Origin: Trueperaceae bacterium
GTDB lineage: Bacteria > Deinococcota > Deinococci > Deinococcales > Trueperaceae
Direction: 5' to 3'
Length of the DNA: 64,000 nucleotides
NCBI GenBank assembly: GCA_965213705.1
Contig: OZ243913.1
Location: 2,112,001 to 2,176,000 of the forward strand
Within the stretch, counting starts at the first letter, position 1. Each line of letters starts with the position of its first letter. Below the pieces are notes generated by a model, which was not told the origin of the DNA, ran no database searches, and was given only the letters and a program-made list of their open reading frames with translations. Both the position numbers and the translations under genes were made by a program. This document shows positions 38,305-47,524 of the stretch, piece by piece.

Positions 38305-39797
38305 CCCGTGGGCTCTACCTGACCTTCGGCACGGGCCTGAGCCGCGAAGCGAACGCCGCGGTTCACGCGCACGCCGCCGCCCTTCTGCAAACTCTTCTCC
38401 CCGGCGTCACCGACGTCTTGCCGGGTTACAGCAACCTTTACATCGAATACGACGCCGCCGTCTTGACCGAAGAAACCGTTTTGCGCTGGGCCGAGGCGGT
38501 GGACACGGCCGGGGACAGAAGTGCCCCCCGCACCGTCACCGTACCCGTGCGTTACGACGGTGAGGACTTAGCCGAGGTCGCCGCCCGCACCGGTTTGAAC
38601 GTGGACGAGGTCGTGCAGCGGCACAGTTCGACGCCGTACCACGTCTACGCGCTGGGTTTTACGCCCGGTTTTCCGTTTATGGCCTCGGTCGACGAAGCGT
38701 TACGGCTGCCCCGCCGCGCCTCACCGCGCGCCGCCGTGCCCGCCCACAGCGTGGCGATAGCGAACGAACAAACCGGCGTCTACCCCTTGAGCACGCCGGG
38801 CGGTTGGAACTTGCTCGGCACGACCCTCGAGCCCGTTTACGACCCGCACCGCCCCGAGCCTTTTTTGCTGCGACCGGGCGACCGCGTGAAGTTCGAGCCC
38901 ACCCAGGGCGACGCGCCGCCGGAACCGAGGCGGCTCGAGCTGCTGCCCTTAGAACCGCGCCACCCCTTGTTTAAAGTCCATACCCCCGGCCTCCTCGACC
39001 TCGTCCTCGACCGCGGGCGCTTTTTGGCGGGCCGCTTCGGGCTCGGTCGGAGCGGCCCGCTGGACGCCGCCCTCGCCGCCCTCGCCAACCGCCTGCTCGG
39101 CAACCCGCCCGACGCCCCGCTCGTCGAACTCACCCTCACCGGCCCCACGCTCGAGGTGCTTCAAAAAGGCGTGCTCGCCTTTGCGGGCTGGTCGCTGCTG
39201 CCCGTCCTGAACGGGGAGGTGCGGGCACCTTTCTCGAGCTTTGGGGTCAAACGGGGCGACGTGTTGAGTTTTCAGCCTCAATCCAGAGGCTGCCGCAGCT
39301 ACTTAGCCGTGGCGGGCGGATTTCAGAGCAACACTTTTATGGGCAGCGCGTCGACTGACTTGAAAGGCTACGTCGGCCGACCCCTGAAAGGAGGCGACGT
39401 GTTGGGACAGGCCGAGCGGCGCACGCCTCGAGCGGGCCGCAGCTTCCAGCCCTACCGTTTCTTTTCGGAGGTCGAAACGCTGCGCCTGTTGCCGGGGCCG
39501 CAACCCAGTTCGGACGCCCTCGCCGTCCTGTTCGGAAACGCCTTCACCGTGGCGAGCGCGGACCGGATGGGGATTCGGCTCGAGGGTGCAACCGTCCCCG
39601 GCGGCGAAGTCTTGTCCCAAGCGATTCCCTTAGGAGCCGTGCAGGTCACGCCGAGCGGGATGCCGATTCTTCTCCTCCACGACCGCGGCACGCTGGGCGG
39701 TTACGCCAAGCCCGCCCTGCTGCACCCGCGCGACCTGGGCCGGGCGGCGCAGTTGCGACCGGGTGCGTTGGTGCGGTTTGTACCGGTAGAGGAGTAG
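38301..39797 (+). CDS. pxpB: Fused 5-oxoprolinase subunits B/C (KipI-KipA / allophanate hydrolase 1+2); start uncertain
   Basis: VPVRYDGEDL, LGFTPGFPF, TGVYPLSTPGGWNLLG, DRGR, ANRLLGN, DRMGIRL, GTLGGYAK; the open frame extends to CTA at 38301, first canonical start is 38418. Confidence 0.88.
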   Translation, partial: LTRGLYLTFGTGLSREANAAVHAHAAALLQTLLPGVTDVLPGYSNLYIEYDAAVLTEETVLRWAEAVDTAGDRSAPRTVTVPVRYDGEDLAEVAARTGLNVDEVVQRHSSTPYHVYALGFTPGFPFMASVDEALRLPRRASPRAAVPAHSVAIANEQTGVYPLSTPGGWNLLGTTLEPVYDPHRPEPFLLRPGDRVKFEPTQGDAPPEPRRLELLPLEPRHPLFKVHTPGLLDLVLDRGRFLAGRFGLGRSGPLDAALAALANRLLGNPPDAPLVELTLTGPTLEVLQKGVLAFAGWSLLPVLNGEVRAPFSSFGVKRGDVLSFQPQSRGCRSYLAVAGGFQSNTFMGSASTDLKGYVGRPLKGGDVLGQAERRTPRAGRSFQPYRFFSEVETLRLLPGPQPSSDALAVLFGNAFTVASADRMGIRLEGATVPGGEVLSQAIPLGAVQVTPSGMPILLLHDRGTLGGYAKPALLHPRDLGRAAQLRPGALVRFVPVEE

Positions 39798-39870
39798 GGG
39801 AGAGGAAGTAGGAAGTAAAGACTTTTGGTTTTACTTTCCACTTTCTACTCGGTACTTTTCACTTCTTTCA
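39788..39870. repeat. Heptamer-periodic hairpin element between convergent genes
   Basis: gagtagg ggagagg aagtagg aagtaaa / actttcc actttct actcggt acttttc. Confidence 0.75.
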
Positions 39871-40216
39871 GCATCCCCTCACGCTTTTCCTCTTCGTAAA
39901 GCCGCTCGCCGACAAACTGTTTGAGGAGCGTCTGGTAGCCGGTGCCCTTCTTAAAGGCCAACGCCTTGAGGCGTTTGATGACGTCTGCCTCGAGCCGAAT
40001 CGAGGTGGTGCTCGAGCGCACCTTTGGGCGAGGCGGGGGCAGGTGGCTCGGCCGTTCGGCAGGGCGCTCGAACGCTGCTGCGTCCAAGTCGTGCTCGTCC
40101 CACCACGCTTGCTCCTCCGCCTCAGTTTCGAAATCGGGTACCTCTTGCAAACTTGCGACGGTGGCGCGTTCGCTCGCGCTCTTCGGGGTTGGTTTTTCCC
40201 TGGTCTTTGTGGTCAC
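39845..40216 (-). CDS. BrnA/CopG-family antitoxin
   Basis: PDFETEAEEQAWWDEHD, TSIRLEADVIKRLKALA..KG.GYQTLLKQFV. Confidence 0.85.
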   Translation of the reverse strand: MTTKTREKPTPKSASERATVASLQEVPDFETEAEEQAWWDEHDLDAAAFERPAERPSHLPPPRPKVRSSTTSIRLEADVIKRLKALAFKKGTGYQTLLKQFVGERLYEEEKREGMLKEVKSTE

Positions 40217-40479
40217 CTCTGCTCCTTTCGGTACCGTCTTTTCTGGGTGTCATTGGCCTCTCGAGCCGTAACCGGCCTGATGTCGTCACCGCGCAAGGTG
40301 TAGACGACGAACAAAATCCGCCCTGCTTCGCTCGCGCCGATGATGGCGAAACGGCGCTCTACCGTTTTGCGAGCGGTCACCGTCAACAAGTCGGGATCTA
40401 ACAAAGCTTCCTCGACCTCATAAGGCTCGAGCCCGTGCCGTGCGATGTGGTCGATATTCGCATCATCCTAGTCGAACAA
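40213..40479 (-). pseudogene. brnT: BrnT-family toxin with a nonsense codon at position 4
   Basis: TTG TTC GAC TAG GAT GAT GCG AAT = LFD*DDANIDHIARHGLEPYEVEEAL...ERRFAIIGASEAGRILFVVYTLRGDDIRPVTAR; TAG (40468-70) sits where the FxWD Trp is expected. Confidence 0.85.
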
Positions 40480-40583
40480 AAAGCCGCTCCTGACCTGCGC
40501 CTGAGTTTAAGTCTGTGTACCGACGATTGTCAATATACTGGTTTCTAATGATACTGACGGTCTCGGCACAGGTAAACTGGCGC

Positions 40584-41762
40584 ATGGACTGGATTAAAAC
40601 GGCGCAAGCCGAACTCGAGCGGCAAGGTTTGGCGGGCTGGCTTCTCTACGACTTTCGCGGCAGCAACCCCGTCGCCAAGCGGTTTCTCGACCTCGGCGGG
40701 GGCCTCCTCAGCCGCCGCGTCTTTTTGTACCTTCCCGCCGTCGGCACCCCGACCCTCCTCCTCCACGCCATCGAGCGCGGCTCATTGCCCGAACTTCCCT
40801 TTAAGGTGCGCGCCTACAGCAGCCGAGAATCGTTGAAGGAAGAATTGAAGAAGATGCTGCCGCAAGCCAAAGTCGCCCTGGAGTATTCTCCCGACAACGA
40901 CATCCCTTATATTTCTCATGTCGATGCTGGCACGGTCGACATGCTGCGCGGGCTCGGCGTGGAAGTCGTGAGTTCAGCCGACCTCCTGCAAGCCTTCAGC
41001 GCCTGGACGCCCGAACAGCTCGACGCCCACCTGAAAGCCGCCGAGCACGTGCTGCAGGCCAAAGACATCACCTTCGAATTCCTGTCCCTACAAACGCAGA
41101 TGGGCACGACGATTCGGGAGACGACCCTGCAAAAGGTCATCACCGACTACTTCGACGCGCAGGGGCTCGAGTACGACCACCCGCCCATCGTCGGTTTCGG
41201 CCCGCACGCGGGCGACCCACACTATTCTCCCAAAGCGGGCGCGGACGCCGTCCTCAAGCCGGGCGATGCCGTTTTAGTCGACCTCTGGGCCAAGCTGCCC
41301 GAACAAGACGCGCCCTATGCCGACATCACCTGGATGGGCTGCTACGGGGAACCCTCTGAAAAGTTGCAAGAGGTTTGGGAAACGGTGCGGGATGCTCGAG
41401 ACCTGGCCGTCGCCACCATCCAAAAAGCTTACGGCGAAGGCCGCTACCCGCAAGGCCGCGAAATCGACCGCGCCACGCGCGACTTTATCACCGGCAAGGG
41501 CTACGGCGACGCTTTTATTCACCGCACCGGCCACAGCTTGGGCACCCGGCACACCCACGGCGAGGCGGTTCACTTGGACGACTTCGAAACCCGCGACACC
41601 CGTGAGTTGCGGCCCGGCATCGCGGTGACGGTGGAGCCGGGGGTGTACCTGAAAGACTTCGGCGTGCGCAGCGAAATCAACCTTGTGTTGGAGGAGGGTG
41701 GGCCACGGGTGACGACGGAGGAGCAGCGGGAGTTGGTTGTCGTTCCGGTGCCGGGGAGTTAA
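40584..41762 (+). CDS. M24-family (Xaa-Pro) aminopeptidase
   Basis: GDPHY, VDLWAK, YADITW, HRTGHSLG, TVEPGVY, GVRSE; leaderless start. Confidence 0.9.
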   Translation: MDWIKTAQAELERQGLAGWLLYDFRGSNPVAKRFLDLGGGLLSRRVFLYLPAVGTPTLLLHAIERGSLPELPFKVRAYSSRESLKEELKKMLPQAKVALEYSPDNDIPYISHVDAGTVDMLRGLGVEVVSSADLLQAFSAWTPEQLDAHLKAAEHVLQAKDITFEFLSLQTQMGTTIRETTLQKVITDYFDAQGLEYDHPPIVGFGPHAGDPHYSPKAGADAVLKPGDAVLVDLWAKLPEQDAPYADITWMGCYGEPSEKLQEVWETVRDARDLAVATIQKAYGEGRYPQGREIDRATRDFITGKGYGDAFIHRTGHSLGTRHTHGEAVHLDDFETRDTRELRPGIAVTVEPGVYLKDFGVRSEINLVLEEGGPRVTTEEQRELVVVPVPGS

Positions 41763-41781
41763 AGATTTGCGGAGAGGGTAG

Positions 41782-42027
41782 CTATTCTGCATAGGTGAGG
41801 TCGTTTTTGACAAAGTTATCTAAAGAATAGTTGGGGTACTCGAGCCCGTGCGAGGTGTACCAGCGGATGGCTTCTTGACGGGCTAAGCCCAAAACGCTCC
41901 CCGCCTTGGCAACTGTCATGCGTTCTTGCCGGACGAGGAGTAGCAGCACACCCTCGAGGATTTCGCGCTGCGGCTCGTTGCCTAAAGCCTCGAGGACTTC
42001 GGTGGGTAGCTCGAGGTGGAGGGTCAT
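41782..42027 (-). CDS. UPF0175-family putative antitoxin (orphan)
   Basis: MTLHLELP...MTVAKAGSVLGLARQE HTH-like; no PIN gene follows. Confidence 0.7.
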   Translation of the reverse strand: MTLHLELPTEVLEALGNEPQREILEGVLLLLVRQERMTVAKAGSVLGLARQEAIRWYTSHGLEYPNYSLDNFVKNDLTYAE

Positions 42028-42156
42028 GAGTTTATCTTAATCGAAATAAGACTTGCGTAAGAATGATTTCGAAACAGTACGAGCGTATCAAGCTTACGCT
42101 GTCTGAAGTTCTCAGTCGCCCCTCTGTCTGCCGAAAGGGCTTTCGAACACGTCCTT

Positions 42157-45135
42157 TTACTCAGACTCGTTGAGGCGTTGATAAACCTTTTGTAGCATCC
42201 ACTCCTTCACTGCATCACTAAAGCCTCTGTTGTCCATAATCTTTGCAAAGATGTCCTGGTTCAGTTCCATGCGTTCAATCAACTTAGTCACGAAGGCTTC
42301 GTCGAACCCGTACTTGAAATTGCCAATCGTGTTGGTCTTGGCTTGCTGCGCCAGCACCTCGTCTTGCACAAGCTCTTCTTCGATTTGGTTGAAAAAGAAC
42401 TTGTCCGCGTTGGTAAAGTCTGTGCCGAAGCGGTCATTCAAAATGTCGATAATCTCCGAGAGCTTCGCCTCGAGTTCCTTTTCGGCGCGGTCGCCCGCTT
42501 CCGAAAGCGGGGTTAAGGCCGCGTCTCCACCTTTTTCTAAAACGATGTTGCCTTCGTTTATTTTTTGCAGGCGGTAATACTCGAGCGCAACCTCGTCGTT
42601 GAGTTGAAATCCCTCACCGACTTCACGTTGAGGCAGTTTGCTCCCCAAGAACCGCGCGTAAGCATAAAACTTTTCCAGCTCCACATCCTCGAAAGGTACA
42701 ATCTGTGCCAGAAATGCGTACAACCTTATAAATACCGTCAGTGCATTTTTGAAGTCTTCTTTTTTCTCGGCGGTATCCTGCGCTTTAAACCTGTCCACCG
42801 CCGGGTCGATGTACGCGTTAAGGCGCTGGTGGTCGCGGTAACTTCCCGTTTTGTGCGACCTGAAAAAGACCTGTGCAAACAGTTCGACTTCGTCCTCGTA
42901 AATAACCTGAAAAGCGCCCAGCTCGGTCTTCAGGTCGTAAAGCTTGTTGGGGTCGGTGTGCCCTGAGAGCGTCGTCTTTTCGTAAAACGGTTGAAACGCC
43001 TCCAGTATTTCCTCTTCTTCGTTGACAAAGTCGAGGACGAAGGTGTCTTCTTTACCGGGATAGGTGCGGTTGAGGCGCGAAATGGTTTGCACCGCCCGCA
43101 CGCCCGAGAGCTTTTTATCCACGTACATCGTGTGCAGCAGCGGCTGGTCGAAACCCGTTTGGTACTTGTCTGCGACCAAAAGCAGTTGATACTCCTCCGA
43201 CGCGAACCGCTCCGGCAGCTCCCGTTCGCCAAAACCGTTCAGGTCGAACTCGCTGTACTGAAGGCCCGTTTCCCTATCTGTAAACGCCGTGAACGCAACC
43301 AGCGCCCGAATATCGGTGTACCCTTTCTCTGCCAAGTAGTCGTCGAATGCCTTCTTGTAGCGCACCACATGGGGGCGCGACCGGATGACCACCATCGCTT
43401 TGGCCTTGCCGCCGATTTTGTACATCACGCACTGGCGAAAGTGTTCAATCATCACTTCTGTTTTTTGCGCCAAGTTGTGCGGATGCAGCGACACGAACCG
43501 CGCGATGGCTCGAGCCGCCTTCTTTTTGTTGATTTTGGGGTCGTCTTCGATTTCTTTTGAGAGGCGGTAGTACGTTTTGTAGGTCGTGTAGTTCTGCAAC
43601 ACGTTCATGATGAAACCCTCTTCGATGGCCTGGCGCATCGAGTAAAGGTGGAAAGGCTCGGGCTTGCCTTCGGCGTTGGGCGTGCCGAAAGCTTCCAGCG
43701 TTTTAGGTTTGGGCGTCGCCGTGAACGCGAAAAAGCTCAAGTTTTCTTGCCTACCCCGCGCCTGCATCGCTTTGCGGATGTCGTCCTCGGTATCGTCGGC
43801 ATTATCCTGGCTCGCAGCGTTCTCTAAATCCGTGTCGGACGTGCCCAGCACCTCGTTCAAACTTCTGGACGCCTCACCACCTTGCGAGCTGTGCGCCTCG
43901 TCCACGATGACCGCGTAACGCCGCTCGGTGAGTTCGTCGGCTTTACCCAGCACGAACGGGAACTTTTGCAAGGTTGTAATAATAATCTGCGTTCCCGCCT
44001 CGAGCGCCTCTGCAAGTTGGCCCGCGTCCTTGTCAATCCGTTGCACCACGCCCTGTTTGTGCTCGAACTGATAGATGGTGTCTTGCAACTGCCTGTCCAG
44101 CACCCGCCGGTCGGTAATCACGATGACCGAGTCAAAAACGCGCTCGTCGTCAGCATCGTAGAGCCCTGAGAGTCGGTACGCCAGCCACGCAATCGAATTG
44201 CTCTTGCCACTTCCCGCCGAGTGCTGCACCAAGTAGCTGTGGCCTGCGCCCCGCGCCTTGGCGTCCTCGGAAAGTTTGCGCACCACGTCCAGTTGGTGAT
44301 ACCTCGGAAAAATCAGCGACTCGCGCCGCACGGTGCGACCGTCCACCTTGAGTTCTTTCTTTTCCAAATGCAAAAACTTACCGATAATGTCCAGCCAAGT
44401 GTCTTTTGCCCATACCTCTTCCCACAGATAAGCCGTGCGGTGCTTGTGTTCGTTCGGCGGGTTGCCCGCCCCCTTGTCATGGCCCCGATTAAAGGGCAAG
44501 TAGCGCGTTTGCTCGCCGTCTACACGTGTAGTCATATAGGCTTCGTCGGTGTCTACCGCAAAATGTACCAACGCCCGCTTTTTGAACTGAAACAGCAACT
44601 CGCGCGGGTCGCGGTCTTGGCTGTACTGCCGCTGTGCGTTCGACACGCTTTGCCCCGTAAACTGGTTTTTCAGCTCGACCGTCGCCACGGGCAGCCCGTT
44701 TAAGCTGAGCAGCAAATCTACCGACTTGCGCGACTCCTTAGGGCTGTAGTGAAGCTGCCGCGTTACGGTAAGCACATTCTGGCGATAAAGCGCTATCGTC
44801 TCGGGGTTCAGCCCTGACGACGGCTTGAAATAGGCCAGCTTAAAGCGCACTCCGTAGTCGATAATGCCGTGACGCAGCACGTCCAACATGCCCCGGTTGT
44901 CCAGTTCCTTGAAAAGCCGCTGCGTGAGCTTCGCTTCGGCGCTCTCGCCGTGGATGCCGGAGAGCTTTTCCCACGCCTGCGGCTGCGTCGCTTTCAAAAA
45001 CGCCAGCACCGCCCCTTTGTCAAAAGCAAGCTCTTTGCTGAAGCCGCGCCCGTCTCCCTCGGTATAGCCGCCGTCCATGACCAAGCTGCGGACAATCGCC
45101 GCTTCAAAAGCATTTTCGGTCGTCGCCGTGCTCAT
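42157..45135 (-). CDS. hsdR: Type I restriction enzyme R subunit
   Basis: VDLLLSLNGLPVATVELKN nuclease, HSAGSGKS, IVDEAHSSQ, FTATPK, KYQTGFDQP, QTISRLNR. Confidence 0.97.
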   Translation of the reverse strand: MSTATTENAFEAAIVRSLVMDGGYTEGDGRGFSKELAFDKGAVLAFLKATQPQAWEKLSGIHGESAEAKLTQRLFKELDNRGMLDVLRHGIIDYGVRFKLAYFKPSSGLNPETIALYRQNVLTVTRQLHYSPKESRKSVDLLLSLNGLPVATVELKNQFTGQSVSNAQRQYSQDRDPRELLFQFKKRALVHFAVDTDEAYMTTRVDGEQTRYLPFNRGHDKGAGNPPNEHKHRTAYLWEEVWAKDTWLDIIGKFLHLEKKELKVDGRTVRRESLIFPRYHQLDVVRKLSEDAKARGAGHSYLVQHSAGSGKSNSIAWLAYRLSGLYDADDERVFDSVIVITDRRVLDRQLQDTIYQFEHKQGVVQRIDKDAGQLAEALEAGTQIIITTLQKFPFVLGKADELTERRYAVIVDEAHSSQGGEASRSLNEVLGTSDTDLENAASQDNADDTEDDIRKAMQARGRQENLSFFAFTATPKPKTLEAFGTPNAEGKPEPFHLYSMRQAIEEGFIMNVLQNYTTYKTYYRLSKEIEDDPKINKKKAARAIARFVSLHPHNLAQKTEVMIEHFRQCVMYKIGGKAKAMVVIRSRPHVVRYKKAFDDYLAEKGYTDIRALVAFTAFTDRETGLQYSEFDLNGFGERELPERFASEEYQLLLVADKYQTGFDQPLLHTMYVDKKLSGVRAVQTISRLNRTYPGKEDTFVLDFVNEEEEILEAFQPFYEKTTLSGHTDPNKLYDLKTELGAFQVIYEDEVELFAQVFFRSHKTGSYRDHQRLNAYIDPAVDRFKAQDTAEKKEDFKNALTVFIRLYAFLAQIVPFEDVELEKFYAYARFLGSKLPQREVGEGFQLNDEVALEYYRLQKINEGNIVLEKGGDAALTPLSEAGDRAEKELEAKLSEIIDILNDRFGTDFTNADKFFFNQIEEELVQDEVLAQQAKTNTIGNFKYGFDEAFVTKLIERMELNQDIFAKIMDNRGFSDAVKEWMLQKVYQRLNESE

Positions 45136-46136
45136 GGCTGCTCCTCTTCGACAAACTGCATCGTTTCGACAAAGCGCACGTAGGCAACTTCCCGAAACAC
45201 GCTGATAAGCCGCTCACGCTGGCTCTCGGAGAGTGAACTTTTGAGCTTCATATTGTCATCGTAGCAGGTGCGCAAAAACTCGAAGTCGTCAAGCTCCTCA
45301 AATACTGTCAAATTGGGAATAAAAGAGGGTAAGGTGTCTTCTACAAGTTCCAACGTGTCTGGGTCGAAGTAGCGCACGCCCGGCCTGGCATGTTTCTCAA
45401 ATTCGCGGCCCTGAAAATTCGGCTTGCCGTTCCGTGAAGGCCAGTACACCCCGAAAAACTCCGCCGTGCCCGACTTGTAAACCTTAGCAATCTGCACCGA
45501 GCCGTCCACCTCGCGCTCGCTCTCGTCACGCGCCCTGCTGATGAGAACTTGGAGGGGTTCCATGTCGAGCTTAGCGTCGAACCTGTCGTCATCGAGGAAC
45601 ATCATTTTGAAGTCGTCAGATGCTTTATCAGCCAAATTGTCGGGATTGCCTAGAAACGTGTAGCTCCGCGTCTTGCTGGGGTCATTTGTGTACTCATTGG
45701 GGATAAACCCCTCAGCATCCTTGGAGTAGTAAAGCTGCCAAATCCGAAATCGGTTCTCAGACCAGCTCCAGCCACCGAACAAAAACCTCGCCTCTGCCCG
45801 CAGTTCGTGAATGTCTCTGCCCGCCGCGCCCGAGTCGTCGATGATGTTAGTCACCAAAGACGTAAACAAAGTGGCGAGGTAGTCAAGCACTTCGCTGATG
45901 TCGGTGCGGCTGCTCTGCAAACGCCGGTTGAGATTAATGGAGGAGATAAGGTTCAGGATGAGCGGGTACGCCCGCGCCGTGTTTCCCGCGAAGCAGATAA
46001 GGCAGTCGGAGCGCGGCAGTTCAAACAGCTTGATGCCCTGGTTCCACTTTTCGCCACCCGTAAGAGAACTGTCCGTCGCAAAGACCAGCTCCTCGGCGTC
46101 ATTCGCCTGCCGAATCCAGGCCGCGCAGAGCGTCAC
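45132..46136 (-). CDS. Uncharacterised proteasome-beta/Ntn-hydrolase-like protein inside the type I RM operon
   Basis: (M)TLCAAW...LVFATDSSLT...IKLF...ICFAG...FLFGGW...YTFLGN...VDGSVQI; GTGA overlap with hsdS and ATGA overlap with hsdR. Confidence 0.8.
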   Translation of the reverse strand: MTLCAAWIRQANDAEELVFATDSSLTGGEKWNQGIKLFELPRSDCLICFAGNTARAYPLILNLISSINLNRRLQSSRTDISEVLDYLATLFTSLVTNIIDDSGAAGRDIHELRAEARFLFGGWSWSENRFRIWQLYYSKDAEGFIPNEYTNDPSKTRSYTFLGNPDNLADKASDDFKMMFLDDDRFDAKLDMEPLQVLISRARDESEREVDGSVQIAKVYKSGTAEFFGVYWPSRNGKPNFQGREFEKHARPGVRYFDPDTLELVEDTLPSFIPNLTVFEELDDFEFLRTCYDDNMKLKSSLSESQRERLISVFREVAYVRFVETMQFVEEEQP

Positions 46137-47464
46137 CCCGTCTCCCCCTCACCCCGCACGTCCACTTTCCCCGTTACCACCTCAGAAACAAGAGCCGTGC
46201 GGTATTCATGCAAAAGCTCAATTTGCTTTTCAGCTTGGCTGATGGTGGTGTCGATTTGGGAGGTTTTCTCGTCAAGATAAAAGATAATAGCTTCTTGTTC
46301 ATTGACTGGTGGACAGAGAATTTCAAAATCCTTGGTTTGAGACTGGTTAAGAATTGGAAGTGTTGCAGAATTAGCTGAGCTAACAACTTTTTCTTTGAAG
46401 GAGTATAAAAAATAAGTTCCAAAGTAAGGATTCATCTTTCCACCATCAAAATGAATAGCATTTATCTGTTGATTAGAAAAAGCAGAACCAGCGGTAATGC
46501 CTACTTTACCAAGTGTTGCTCCAATGCCTACCAATAATGTTGTTTCAGCGGGATAAGTCTTTAGATTTAGTTTGTCGAGTGCATGTCTGCTGATTTTCCT
46601 CTTCGAATTTTGGATGATTAGTTTGTCTTCAAAGTCAGATGGTGTGAACCAGTCAACGTCACCATTGAAGAAGTCGGGCTCATTAGTTGGTGGGGTTTTC
46701 CCAGTTTCTACACGGTGAGCAACACGCCTTATTTTCGTTACTTTCCAATGCTCCGGCACCTCCTCAATCCACTCCACCCCCGAATCTTTCATCTTCACCG
46801 CCGGGTCTAAGCCCTTGGTCACGGCCCGGTTAATCACGGCGGCGCGCTCCTCTTGCAAAAGCGCAATCATGCGCCGTTTTTTGCTTATCAGGTCATCAAT
46901 CTGCGCGGTATGGCGGTCTAGGTAAGCGGTGATGTGCTGTTGTTCCTCGAGGGGTGGTTTTATGGCTGGAAGTGCGTGGACTTTACTAGCATTTAAGTTA
47001 GCCTGAGTGTTGCTGCTTGCCAACTGGATAACGTGGGGTTTGATATGATTTAACCAATGGAATAAATAATCAGAAATTATCTTTGAACTGTTTAATTCAA
47101 TTCCTAAAATCGCTTGGTTGATAGAAGCCTCTGTACCCAACTTGGCAACTTTCCCGAGGCTGGCGTACATCGAATAGATTAACGTTCCCAAAGGCAGCAC
47201 ATCAAGATTTTTTGATTTAAGACCGTCATCCGTAATTCTCTTTTCGGTCTCAGTGACTATAGGTTCGCGCGTCATGTCCGCAATACTTACCCAAGCAACG
47301 CCTTCATCTACTTTGAACGTCCAATAATCAGTATTGTTTGTGTCAGGTGTTCCGCCAGAGTAAAATCTGTTAGTACAATATTTTACCTTCACAATTTCCC
47401 AATGCTCCGGTATTTCCCCAAGCCACTCAACGCCGGAATCTTTGTACCTTTTATACGGCTTCAT
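46133..47464 (-). CDS. hsdS: Type I restriction-modification specificity subunit
   Basis: KDSGVEWLGEIPEHW and its internal repeat KDSGVEWIEEVPEHW, PPLEEQ, two AT-rich TRDs, ALVSEVVTGK. Confidence 0.96.
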   Translation of the reverse strand: MKPYKRYKDSGVEWLGEIPEHWEIVKVKYCTNRFYSGGTPDTNNTDYWTFKVDEGVAWVSIADMTREPIVTETEKRITDDGLKSKNLDVLPLGTLIYSMYASLGKVAKLGTEASINQAILGIELNSSKIISDYLFHWLNHIKPHVIQLASSNTQANLNASKVHALPAIKPPLEEQQHITAYLDRHTAQIDDLISKKRRMIALLQEERAAVINRAVTKGLDPAVKMKDSGVEWIEEVPEHWKVTKIRRVAHRVETGKTPPTNEPDFFNGDVDWFTPSDFEDKLIIQNSKRKISRHALDKLNLKTYPAETTLLVGIGATLGKVGITAGSAFSNQQINAIHFDGGKMNPYFGTYFLYSFKEKVVSSANSATLPILNQSQTKDFEILCPPVNEQEAIIFYLDEKTSQIDTTISQAEKQIELLHEYRTALVSEVVTGKVDVRGEGETG

Positions 47465-47524
47465 TTACGGCGAGATGACCGTCAGCTCGGGAAAGGCCGC
47501 CCGGTACACCTTTTGGTTAAACAT
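47465..47524 (-). pseudogene. 19-aa relic of the vapC 3' end (MFNQKVYRAAFPELTVISP)
   Basis: Matches the VapC C-terminus TFDQKVYRAAFPKLTIISP; TAATG overlap with abrB; its stop abuts the hsdS ATG. Confidence 0.8.

Noticed and set aside
46133..47464. Phase-variable invertible hsdS (shufflon)
   Set aside because: Only one complete hsdS, no inverted silent TRDs and no recombinase in the window.
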